DNA of 32,000 nt from Brevundimonas sp. G8 (GTDB taxonomy: Bacteria > Pseudomonadota > Alphaproteobacteria > Caulobacterales > Caulobacteraceae): contig NZ_LR732816.1 in NCBI RefSeq assembly GCF_902506205.1, positions 1,283,968 to 1,315,967 on the forward strand, written 5' to 3'. Positions 24,545 to 32,000 of this stretch are shown here, one piece after another. Position numbers and translations under genes: made by a program. A model generated the notes under the pieces. It worked only from the letters and a program-made list of their open reading frames with translations. It was not told where the DNA came from and searched no databases. The stretch's first letter is position 1. The number at the start of each line of letters is the position of its first letter.

Positions 24545-27500
24545 TTAGAAGGTGTAGCGGACGCCGAAATTGTACTGCCGCCCCGTGTGGGAATAGACAT
24601 AGATGCTGTCGCGACGGCTGTCGGTGTACTGTTCGTTGAAGGCGTCGGTCAGGTTCAGCCCTTCGAACGTCACCTTGATGCGTTCGTTCAAGGCGTAGGA
24701 CGCTGAAGCATCAACCGTTACGATGTCGCGCACCCCATCGATGTCATTGGTGCTGGTGCCGCTGGGCACCGCCGTCAGATAGCGATCACGATAGGCCGCC
24801 GAGACACGGGCGCTGAACCGGTCGTCCTCGTAATAGAGGGTGGCGTTGTAGGCCGTCTTCGACAGACCGAGCAGATCGTTCTCGACGAAGCCTGTCGAGG
24901 AACGCGACGAGATGTAGCTGATCTTCGAATCCACGAGGGTGACGTTGAAGATGGCGCCGACATTGTCGAACGGCCCCGGCAGGAAGGTGAACGGCTGCTG
25001 GTAGCTGATCTCGATCCCCTTCAGCGGACCGCCCTCGGTGTTCACCGGTTGGCTGAACAAGAAGACGTCGCTGGGAGACACACCCAGGCCATTGAGCAAG
25101 TCCGGCGACAGGCCCGACTGATTGAACGGCTGCGAGATCCGCGAGGTCTGGATGTAGCTGTCGATGTCCTTGTAGAAAAGACCGACGGACAGCAGGGCGT
25201 CCGGCGCGAAATACCATTCCGCCGACAGATCGTAGGTCGTGGCGCGAATGGGATCCAAGTAAGGATTGCCCGAACTGACGCTGAACACGCCAACCGTGCT
25301 CAGGCTTCCGCCCGGCGTTACGCTACCGAGGTTGGGGCGCGTCATGACCTTGGCCGCGCCGAAGCGCAGCAGGAAGTCCGGCGTGACCTCGGCCGTCAGG
25401 TTCAGTGCCGGCAGCACGTCGTCATAGTCGCGATCGACCGTGGTCTGCTGGGCCGCGCCAGCGACCAGCTGATAACCGGTCGAGCTCTGCTTCGTCTTCA
25501 CATAGCGAACACCGATGTCGCCACGCACCGGAATACCGCCGAGCTCCGTATCGAAGTCCAGCTGCAGATAGGCGGCCGAATCCTTCTCGGTCACATTGCG
25601 GATATTGCCGCGCGCATTGGCGTTCGACGCGCCGCTTAGTTCGAACAGGCCTGTTCCGCTGTAGATGTTGAACAGATCCGCAAAGGCGTTGAGATTCGGC
25701 GCGATCCAGTTGGTGACCGTGCCGTCCGGCGCACCCAGATTGCGTCCGAAACCGCTGACCAGCTCGGTCAGGCTGGCCAAGGTCACGCCCGCGGGCAGTT
25801 GGGGCACGACGCCCTCGTTGACGCGCGCCAGAGCCCAGGAATCGAACTCGTATTCCTTGTAGTTCACCCCGGCCTTCAGCGTCAGCGACGGCGTCAGATC
25901 AAAACCTCCGTCGAACTGCGCCGTCTTGATGGTGTTGGTCACCCCCTGTGGACGCAGGCGGATTTCCGAACGCGCGGCGCCGAAATTATAGGCCAGCGGG
26001 TCGGTGACATCGTAGCCGAAGCCGATCAGCGGCGCGTCGCGGTTCTGCCGATAGTCGTAAAAGTAGTTGTCCGAATTCTCGCGATTCAGGATCACCGTTG
26101 TCTGGATCGGATTGTCGAAATCGGACTTGGAATAGCCGACCAGGCCCTTGACGCGGAATCGGTCGCTGAACGCATGTTCGATGCTCAGCGTGCCTTGGGT
26201 GTATTTGGTGTCCAGCTCGTCGTAGCGGGTCTCGGTCTCCACATCGACGTCGTCGAACAGGCCGTAGATCATGTCCCCGTTCGCATCGATGACACCGTCG
26301 CGCACGATGATTTCCGGCCGGCCGCCCTGGGACGCGTTACGGGCAAAGGACAGCGCCTCCAGCCAGTTCTCCTGACGCGTCGCCTTGAAGTCGGAATAGA
26401 GCAGATCGAGATTGATCAGCGTCTGTTCCTGCGGACGGAACTGCAGCGACCCCGTCAGGCCGAGTCGCTCCTGGTCGTGGGTCAGCCGACCGTAGCGCGG
26501 AAAGCGCGGCGTATAGACATCCGCCCTGCTGGCATCCGCAAAGGGCGACGCGGGATTGTACTTCCCCGCCTCGGTCCCATTCAGCCAGCCACCGGAGCCG
26601 TGACCTTCTTCCAGCAGACGACGCTTGGTGTAGGCCACCGAGACGAGCGCGCCGAGGCGTCCGTCCATCCAGGTGTTGCTGGCCAGCGCCGCAAACCTGG
26701 GGTCCCATTCCTGCGACAGGTCGTTGTAGCCATACTGGCCTGACAGCACGAGGTTCGCGCCGGAATAGTCGAACGGTCGGCCGGTCTGCAGATCGACCGT
26801 CGCGCCCAGCGAGCCTTCTTCAGTCTCGGCCGAGGCGGTCTTGCGCACGGTGATGCTGTTGAAAAGCTCGGACGCAAAGACGTTGAAGTCGAACGCGCGG
26901 TTACGGTTCGCGCCGCCCGAGCTGTCGGTGCCCGACGCCGTGCTCTGGCCTTCGACGCCGTTGATGCGGACACGCGTAAACTGTGGTCCCAGACCCCGCA
27001 CCGTGATCTGGCGGCCTTCGCCGGCATCGCGTGCGATGGAGACTCCCGGCACGCGCTGGATGGATTCCGCCAGGTTGGCGTCGGGGAAGTCGGCCATGTC
27101 CTCGGCCTTGATGACATCGATGACCCCGTTAGAGCGACGCTTGGCCGTCAACGCGCTACCCAGAGAGGCGCGGAAACCGGTTACCACAATAGTTTCGACT
27201 TCATCGGCCTGGTCTTCGACTTCGCTCCCCTGAGCGATAGTCTGCGGCGAGACGGTCGCGCCGGCGAGCACCGCCGTTCGGCCGTTGTTGGACGCCACCA
27301 CCAGATTGCTGCCTTGCAGCAGCCGGTTCAGCCCCTGATCGACCGAATAGACGCCCTGCACGGCGGCGGTCCGCTGTCCGGCGACCGCATCCGTCGAAGC
27401 CAGAACCTGCAGATCGGCCTGACGTGCAAATGCAGGCACGCCGGTCGAGGCGGGTTGCGCCGGAACATTGAACTGTCTGTCTTGCGCCTGGCCGGCGCCG

Positions 27501-27574
27501 GCGCCGGCCAAAGCCATCGTGCTGACGGCGATCATCAGCGACGCCCTCGCGCCTTGGTTTCGCGACATGGCCAT
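24545..27574 (-). CDS. TonB-dependent transducer (receptor with N-terminal STN signalling domain)
   Basis: The 1009-aa product has a signal peptide, then an STN-like segment (FNVPAQPASTGVPAFARQADLQVL...GVYSVDQGLNRLLQGSNLVV). A TonB box and plug follow (ETIVVTGFR, IQRVPGVSI, ITVRGLG). The barrel ends in FGVRYTF. An AAGGGAGGG SD lies upstream of the ATG at 27574. Confidence 0.92.
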   Translation of the reverse strand: MAMSRNQGARASLMIAVSTMALAGAGAGQAQDRQFNVPAQPASTGVPAFARQADLQVLASTDAVAGQRTAAVQGVYSVDQGLNRLLQGSNLVVASNNGRTAVLAGATVSPQTIAQGSEVEDQADEVETIVVTGFRASLGSALTAKRRSNGVIDVIKAEDMADFPDANLAESIQRVPGVSIARDAGEGRQITVRGLGPQFTRVRINGVEGQSTASGTDSSGGANRNRAFDFNVFASELFNSITVRKTASAETEEGSLGATVDLQTGRPFDYSGANLVLSGQYGYNDLSQEWDPRFAALASNTWMDGRLGALVSVAYTKRRLLEEGHGSGGWLNGTEAGKYNPASPFADASRADVYTPRFPRYGRLTHDQERLGLTGSLQFRPQEQTLINLDLLYSDFKATRQENWLEALSFARNASQGGRPEIIVRDGVIDANGDMIYGLFDDVDVETETRYDELDTKYTQGTLSIEHAFSDRFRVKGLVGYSKSDFDNPIQTTVILNRENSDNYFYDYRQNRDAPLIGFGYDVTDPLAYNFGAARSEIRLRPQGVTNTIKTAQFDGGFDLTPSLTLKAGVNYKEYEFDSWALARVNEGVVPQLPAGVTLASLTELVSGFGRNLGAPDGTVTNWIAPNLNAFADLFNIYSGTGLFELSGASNANARGNIRNVTEKDSAAYLQLDFDTELGGIPVRGDIGVRYVKTKQSSTGYQLVAGAAQQTTVDRDYDDVLPALNLTAEVTPDFLLRFGAAKVMTRPNLGSVTPGGSLSTVGVFSVSSGNPYLDPIRATTYDLSAEWYFAPDALLSVGLFYKDIDSYIQTSRISQPFNQSGLSPDLLNGLGVSPSDVFLFSQPVNTEGGPLKGIEISYQQPFTFLPGPFDNVGAIFNVTLVDSKISYISSRSSTGFVENDLLGLSKTAYNATLYYEDDRFSARVSAAYRDRYLTAVPSGTSTNDIDGVRDIVTVDASASYALNERIKVTFEGLNLTDAFNEQYTDSRRDSIYVYSHTGRQYNFGVRYTF

Positions 27575-27678
27575 GCGTCGGCCCTCCCTTTTCTGTTTCC
27601 TGGTTCCCGGACCCTTCTTGCGAGGGTTCCGAGAGTCTCGATGTCCGGCGATCGACTTTCCGTCGCCGGATCGAAAAA

Positions 27679-28623
27679 TTATTCCACGCCGCCCAACATG
27701 ATGACGTCGTCCGACACCTTCACGCCCGCTCCATGGGCGACGCCGACGGCCTCGGCGAAGCTCTCCGGCTCGTTGGTGCGGAACCAGCCGACGACCGTGC
27801 GGCCTTCCAGATCGGGATCCACGATCACGATCTTTCGACTGTTGTAGCGATTGAACTCAGCGGCGGCGGCGGCGATGGTGTCACCATCCAGGACGATCTG
27901 ACCGTCTCGCCACGACAGGGCCCGATCCATTTCCAACGGACGTTTGACCGGATTGGAAGCGCCCGCATCCCCACTGACGAAGACCTGCTCACCCGCCAGG
28001 ACGCGATGCCTTTGTCCGCCCGAACCCTTGCCGCTCCAGACCTCAACGACCCCTTCCGTCACCCGGACCTCAGCGCCCAAGGCCCGGCGGCGAACCGAAA
28101 AGGCGGTCCCGACGGCCTGCACGCGCACGTCGCCCGCCGTGACCACAAACGGCCGCTCGCGATCCTTGGCGACCTGAAACCAAACCTCTCCACGATCCAG
28201 CGTCACGGCGCGCTCGGCCTTCTGGAAGCGGACATCCAGCGTCGTATCGGTGTTGATCGCCGCCATCGACCCGTCTGCCAACGGGACCCGACGGATCTCC
28301 CCAACCAGCGTGCGATAGCGTTGGCGTGAAATGATGGGTGTCAGAACCAAGCCTGTTGCGACCGCCGCCGCCAGGCCAAGACCGCCCAGCAGAACGCGGC
28401 GGTCGGGTTTCTCAGAGGCGCGTTTGGTCGTCGCATCCGGTGTCTGATCGACCATCACGGCAAGCACAGCCCTGGCCCGCCACAGGGCGCCCTGTCGGCA
28501 GCTGTCGCCTGCAAGCCAGTCGTCCAATGTCGCCTGTTCAGATGCAGCCATCGCGCCGGCGTCCATACGAGTCGCCCATTGCGCTGCGATGGCGTCTATC
28601 TCGGTCGAACTCTCCCGGCTCAT
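27679..28623 (-). CDS. FecR-family transmembrane anti-sigma factor / sensor
   Basis: I trimmed track ORF 27679..28893 to ATG 28623-28621 (MSRESSTEIDAIAAQWATRMDAG...), which overlaps the sigma-gene TGA as ATGA. It has an N-terminal anti-sigma segment, a single TM helix (VLLGGLGLAAAVATGLVL) and a periplasmic FecR domain. Confidence 0.9.
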   Translation of the reverse strand: MSRESSTEIDAIAAQWATRMDAGAMAASEQATLDDWLAGDSCRQGALWRARAVLAVMVDQTPDATTKRASEKPDRRVLLGGLGLAAAVATGLVLTPIISRQRYRTLVGEIRRVPLADGSMAAINTDTTLDVRFQKAERAVTLDRGEVWFQVAKDRERPFVVTAGDVRVQAVGTAFSVRRRALGAEVRVTEGVVEVWSGKGSGGQRHRVLAGEQVFVSGDAGASNPVKRPLEMDRALSWRDGQIVLDGDTIAAAAAEFNRYNSRKIVIVDPDLEGRTVVGWFRTNEPESFAEAVGVAHGAGVKVSDDVIMLGGVE

Positions 28624-29192
28624 GCCCGTCGCTCCCCGATCGTTGCCGGCCGCCCTTGCGTATCGAGCTTCGACAACTCGGCCATCACAGCCTTCAGACC
28701 ACGCGCAGCTTCGTTCTCGACCACGTTCTCGGTGACCCCCAGCCGTGTCGCGATTTCCTTCTGGGACAGGCCGAGTATCCGACGCATTTCGAAGATGCGC
28801 CGGCTGCGTTCGGGCAATGTGGCGACGATCTTCATGACGCGTTCGAGTTCCTTGCGTCCTCCGGCGATACGTTCGGGCGACGGCTCGTCCCACTCGATGC
28901 GCAGGGCGTCGATTTCCGTCACGGCGTCGATCCTCACGATCCGGGCGCGCCGCATCTGCTCCAGGACGACGGACCGTGCGGTCTGAAAGAAGTAGGCGCG
29001 CGGGCTTTCGATCTGCTCCACGACCTTGAGGTTGGACAGCCGGCAGTAGGCTTCTTGGATGACATCATCGACGTCATTTGCGGTCACAAGCGATCGCCGC
29101 AACCAGACCCGCACATCATGCTCGTGAGGCAGCACTTCAAGCGCCAGCCATCGCACTTTCGCCTGTTCAGACTCGCCGTCACGTCCCACCAA
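28620..29192 (-). CDS. ECF (FecI-type) RNA polymerase sigma-70 family factor
   Basis: Region 2 (HDVRVWLRRSL..DDVIQEAYCRL) and region 4 (LPERSRRIFEMRRILGLSQKEIATRLGVTENVVENEAARGL) are recognisable. The canonical-length start is TTG 29192 or GTG 29189, behind GAGAGGGGAA. That places the region-2 motif about 19 aa from the N-terminus, similar to E. coli FecI. The reading frame stays open up to TTG 29438 (see findings), so the 5' end is uncertain. Confidence 0.82.
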   Translation of the reverse strand: MVGRDGESEQAKVRWLALEVLPHEHDVRVWLRRSLVTANDVDDVIQEAYCRLSNLKVVEQIESPRAYFFQTARSVVLEQMRRARIVRIDAVTEIDALRIEWDEPSPERIAGGRKELERVMKIVATLPERSRRIFEMRRILGLSQKEIATRLGVTENVVENEAARGLKAVMAELSKLDTQGRPATIGERRA

Positions 29193-29458
29193 CTGCCATT
29201 CCCCTCTCGAGAACACGATGCGTGACGTACATTTTTCCGTCAGAGTTTTGAGATTATGGCCGTCAAGTCGTGCGACATGAACAGACGCCGTCCTCGCGCA
29301 GTAGTAGGCGATGCCCTCGAACCGGTCCTTTTCGCTTTCGATGGCGGCGACGGCCGGCACCAGCTTGGCGCCCGGCGTCATATCCAGCTCGGGTTCGCGC
29401 GCCGGGTCCTCTGCGTCATCCTGGATTGGCTCGACCAACGTCCCAGGACCGTAAATGG

Positions 29459-29492
29459 CGACACCCCCGGCGCTTACGCGACGGGGGTGTCG
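29459..29492. other. Strong GC hairpin in the sigma/MFS spacer
   Basis: CGACACCCCCG-(gCGCttacGCGa)-CGGGGGTGTCG forms a perfect 11-bp stem plus 3 possible inner pairs. There is no good U-tract: CCAUUUACGG follows on the minus strand and UUAUCGUU on the plus strand. Confidence 0.75.
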
Positions 29493-29641
29493 TTATCGTT
29501 GGGTGCGGGAGTTCGATCTGATCGACATCTCACACCTATGCTTACGTTTCCAGTGTAGGCGCGGGCCTGCCGTTCGTATTTGGCCAAATCTACGATCTCA
29601 GCGGTGGGCGTCTCGGTCAAACCTCTGTTGTGTGCCGACAT
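29474..29641 (-). CDS. Candidate 55-aa upstream ORF (very uncertain)
   Basis: The product would be MSAHNRGLTETPTAEIVDLAKYERQARAYTGNVSIGVRCRSDRTPAPNDNDTPVA. An AGGGAG SD lies 7 nt upstream of ATG 29641-29639. The TAA stop falls inside the loop of the 29459-29492 hairpin. About 70% of the first 30 codons end in G/C, and the value is lower after that. I recognised no family. Confidence 0.2.
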   Translation of the reverse strand: MSAHNRGLTETPTAEIVDLAKYERQARAYTGNVSIGVRCRSDRTPAPNDNDTPVA

Positions 29642-29711
29642 GGATCCGCTCCCTGACGCGCCCATCCATCCCAGTTCTAACCGCCACACCCATCGCTCCC
29701 CGCCTTTAGGC

Positions 29712-29721
29712 GGGGGGGGGG
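29712..29721 (+). repeat. Homopolymeric G10 tract next to a CCCCGCC-ttta-GGCGGGG hairpin
   Basis: I read ten consecutive G directly at 29712-29721. They extend the 3' arm of a 7-bp hairpin (29698-29715). The tract lies 77 nt upstream of the MFS ATG. Confidence 0.9.
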
Positions 29722-29797
29722 TATTGAGCGGCAGTCTGGCGATGTTGCCGCCGACGACGCTTCGACGTCGGTGAATGACGCTCGGGGAGCCTAGGCT

Positions 29798-31024
29798 ATG
29801 ACTCACGAAATTCAGTCCCAAGCCGCAAAGGAGGAGTGGCGTCAGTTCTGGATTTTGCCGGTTGTCGCGGCTCTCGGAAATTCCGCCTCCGTGCTTCACA
29901 TCTATTCCTTGGGACCGTTCATGCAGCCGCTGAACGAAGCCTTTGGTTGGGGCCGGGCCGAGGTGTCCGCAGGCATTACGGTGGCGAACTGTGGAGCCAT
30001 TGCGCTTTATGCCATTGTTGGCCTGCTGATTAATCGTTGGGGCCCCCGGCGAGTCGGTCTCATCGGCGTGGTCATCATGACCTCGGCGGTGGCGCTTCTC
30101 GGCTCGGCCACCGGCTCTCTGTTCAACTGGCTCGCTTTATGGGTCGTGGTGATGATTGGCACGGTGTCCGTTCAGCCGACCATCTGGACGGGAGCTGTGG
30201 CCAGCCGGTTCGATGCGTCGAGAGGACTCGCGGTCGCGCTGACCCTGGCGGGCAGCGGCGCCGCCTCGACCCTATTGCCGCTCGTCGCGACGTGGCTGAT
30301 AGGGGAGTTCGGCTGGCGCGTGGCTTTCGTGGGGCTCGGCGTGATCTGGGCCATTCTTCTCTTGCCGCTGATCTTGCTGTTCTTCCGCGGAGCCAACGAG
30401 GGAACGAGTCCGAGAAACAGGACTCCGGGTGGGGATCTCACCGGGCTGACCTTCTACGAGGGCATCCGAAAACCCGCCTTTACAAGCGTCTCGTGGCTGG
30501 CGCCTTGCTGACATTCTGTCTGGTCGACGTCATCGTACACTTCGTTCCGATTCTGAAGGACAAGGGTCCGAGCCCTGTTGAAGCCGTCAGCTTGGCCGGT
30601 ATCGTCGGCATCGCTTCGATTTTCGGACGTGTCGTAACGGGACTGCTACTGGACCGGTTTAGGGGCGATCGTGTCACCGCCGTGACCTTCCTACCGATCA
30701 TTACCTGCGCCCTGCTGTTGTGGGCGCCCGGAAGCCTGATCATCTATGCAATCGTTGCTCTGGTGGTTGGGGTCCGAACTCGACGCCGTCGTCTACCTCT
30801 CGATCGCGGCGCTTTGGCTTGAAGCGTTTTGGCGTTCTGTTCGGGGCGATCCTAACCGTGTCAACCATGGGCACAGGCCTCGGACCTGTCGTCGCCGGGG
30901 CGATCTTCGACAAGGTCGAGTCCTACGACCCGTTTCTGCTGGCTATCATCCCGATCACGCTGGTTGGTGCAGTCGCCATGGCGTGCTCGGCCCCTACTCG
31001 GTGTTTCAGGCGCCGGAGAAGTAG
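29798..31024 (+). pseudogene. MFS transporter disrupted by four single-nucleotide indels
   Basis: The N-terminal six-TM half is intact in track ORF 29798..30511, with a GGGGAG SD 8 nt upstream. MFS-like hydrophobic sequence with high GC3 then continues in other frames. It runs in frame 1 from about 30481 (YKRLVAGALLTFCLV...IVALVVG). It runs in frame 2 from about 30770 (LGSELDAVVYLSIA). It runs in frame 0 from about 30810 (RFGLKRFGVLFGAILTVSTMGTGLGPVVAGAIFD...VGAVAMA). It returns to frame 2 from about 30983 (VLGPYSVFQAPEK, stop at 31022-31024). Confidence 0.72.
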
Positions 31025-31053
31025 ACGGCCGTCGTGTAGGAAGGGGGACGAAG

Positions 31054-32000
31054 TCACCCTCCCGACGCCGCGATAACCGCGCCTGGAGTCAGGGCGAGGC
31101 TGATCAAAATCAGGCCCAAAGCCGGATAGGCGGCCGGGCCGAAACTGACCCATAGGCGCACGAGCCCGTGGCGAGGACGGGCTTCATCCTGAGCGCGCGC
31201 CATACGCAGGCTGTAGATCATGACTCCGGTCACAGAGAGGCCGGTCATCACCACGCCGAACACGAACCAGATCAGCCGGGTCGCAAGCCCGCCGAAGGTC
31301 CCGAAGTGCAGGGGATCGGCCGCTTCCGAAATGCGCTGGTGAAGGTTCAGATCTTCACCACGCGCCGTCAGAAGAACCTCACCATTTCGGGGATCGACCC
31401 AGACGGCGTTGGCGCGATCCCGCACCAGAATCGCCTTGGCTTGCCCCGCGACCAAGACGCCACGTCCCTTGTCGTCGGGGAAGCTGACGCCCGCGATGCG
31501 CAGACCCGGGTCGGCGGCCTGAGCGCGGGCGATCACCGCGTCGAGCTCGGACCCGACCGGCTGGGCCGCCCCGGTCACGACCTTGGGCCGCGGCCCAGGC
31601 GGCGCCTGCCCCCCGAACACCTCGACGACATACCAGACGCCTGTGACGATGATGAGGGCAAGGAACCAGATCGACCACAGGCCGGCGAAGCGGTGCAGGT
31701 CGCCGGTGAACCGGCGCGCCTCTCCTTGGCGCCCTTTGCGCCATTGCGGGAGGCGGGTGAACCCCCGCCAGAACTTTTTGTAGGTCACCAGCCCCGTGAT
31801 CATGGAGACCAGAAGGACAAGGGCCATCGAACCGACGATAGGAACCCCGATGTCCACCGGCATCATCAGATGGCGATGCGTGTTGCGCAGGAACCGATTG
31901 ACGTTGAACCAGCCGTGCACGCCCCGAACCTCGGACGTCCAGGGATCGACATAGGCGATCCGCAGTCCACCGTCTGGACGTTCGATCACCACGCGGGCCG
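31054..32000 (-). CDS. PepSY-associated TM-helix protein (PiuB-like), C-terminal part; gene continues past the right edge
   Basis: Its features are typical of PepSY_TM proteins: THRHLMMP, FTGDLHRFAGLWSIWFLALIIVTGVWY, LHFGTFGGLATRLIWFVFGVVMTGLSVTGVMIY. The frame is still open at position 32000, so the GTG at 31992 is only the track's first possible start. Confidence 0.85.
   Translation of the reverse strand, partial: ARVVIERPDGGLRIAYVDPWTSEVRGVHGWFNVNRFLRNTHRHLMMPVDIGVPIVGSMALVLLVSMITGLVTYKKFWRGFTRLPQWRKGRQGEARRFTGDLHRFAGLWSIWFLALIIVTGVWYVVEVFGGQAPPGPRPKVVTGAAQPVGSELDAVIARAQAADPGLRIAGVSFPDDKGRGVLVAGQAKAILVRDRANAVWVDPRNGEVLLTARGEDLNLHQRISEAADPLHFGTFGGLATRLIWFVFGVVMTGLSVTGVMIYSLRMARAQDEARPRHGLVRLWVSFGPAAYPALGLILISLALTPGAVIAASGG

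Noticed and set aside
27575-27678. A possible ECF-dependent promoter (two GGAAC motifs) and an imperfect hairpin, GGACCCT..AGGGTTCC, between fecR and the transducer.
   Set aside because: A sigma-dependent promoter is expected here. I could not match a -35/-10 pair at convincing spacing, and the hairpin has a bulge. The region is therefore not called as a feature.
29193-29290. I looked for a Fur box upstream of the FecI-type sigma gene, as is expected for iron-responsive FecIR systems.
   Set aside because: I found no GATAATGATAATCATTATC-like 19-mer. Only TGACG-type repeats are present. The absence is used in the finding as weak evidence that this is not an iron system.
29505-29519. GCGGGAGTTCGATCT resembles the 5' strand plus loop of a tRNA T-arm. 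This raised the possibility of a tRNA gene or an att-site remnant of an integrated element.
   Set aside because: The complementary T-stem strand, acceptor stem and CCA context are missing; GATCG follows instead of CCCGC. No cloverleaf can be built, and no integrase or matching second repeat is in the window. It is probably a chance match.
29474-29899. A 141-aa minus-strand ORF spanning the sigma/MFS spacer.
   Set aside because: Its 5' part overlaps the well-supported MFS start and the G10 tract region, and it translates to low-complexity sequence. Only the distal 55 codons, which have their own SD, were kept as a low-confidence candidate.
31025-31076. Continuation of the MFS reading frame 0 to the TAA at 31074-31076. 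This would overlap the PepSY gene end.
   Set aside because: That tail (CSAPTRCFRRRRSRRPSCRKGDEV...) is Arg-rich and has poor GC3. The frame-2 ending VLGPYSVFQAPEK, with its stop at 31022-31024, is coding-like and avoids the overlap.
1-32000. I scanned the whole window for CRISPR-like spaced repeats, IS or transposase and integrase genes, toxin-antitoxin pairs, known defence-system genes, and rRNA or tRNA genes.
   Set aside because: I found none by eye. Every long ORF is accounted for by housekeeping, transport or regulatory functions, and I noticed no spaced direct-repeat array. A by-eye scan cannot exclude short or degenerate repeats.

Overview
This is a densely coding, high-GC segment of alphaproteobacterial type. 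A Caulobacterales-like origin is my inference from gene content only. I found no tRNA, rRNA, CRISPR array, transposase or integrase.

Gene order, left to right:
1. A minus-strand chemotaxis operon: STAS protein, cheY, cheA, cheW, then an MCP that is cut by the left edge. Three junctions are ATGA stop/start overlaps.
2. A divergent cytoplasmic PAS hybrid histidine kinase.
3. A TonB-dependent receptor whose promoter carries a Zur-box-like palindrome.
4. A DedA-family membrane protein.
5. A 636-bp lower-GC orphan spacer with structured elements.
6. A czcCBA-type heavy-metal RND efflux operon, preceded by a small secreted His/Cys-rich ORF.
7. An NRDE-family protein.
8. The three-gene NAGGN osmoprotectant operon (asnO-ngg-M42 peptidase) with a divergent MarR regulator.
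9. An unknown lipoprotein.
10. An SLC13-type permease.
11. A cell-surface-signalling cluster: ECF sigma, FecR anti-sigma and an STN-domain TonB transducer, followed by a Tat-exported CE8 pectinesterase.
12. A ~600-bp structured spacer.
13. An MFS transporter broken by four single-nucleotide indels.
14. A PepSY-TM protein cut by the right edge.

I do not see a clear-cut novel multi-gene system. The most unusual items are:
- the signalling module wired to a carbohydrate esterase;
- the uncharacterised His/Cys-rich ORF in front of czc;
- the two long non-coding spacers;
- the locally decayed MFS gene.

All calls come from reading the translations and the DNA by eye. No searches were run.
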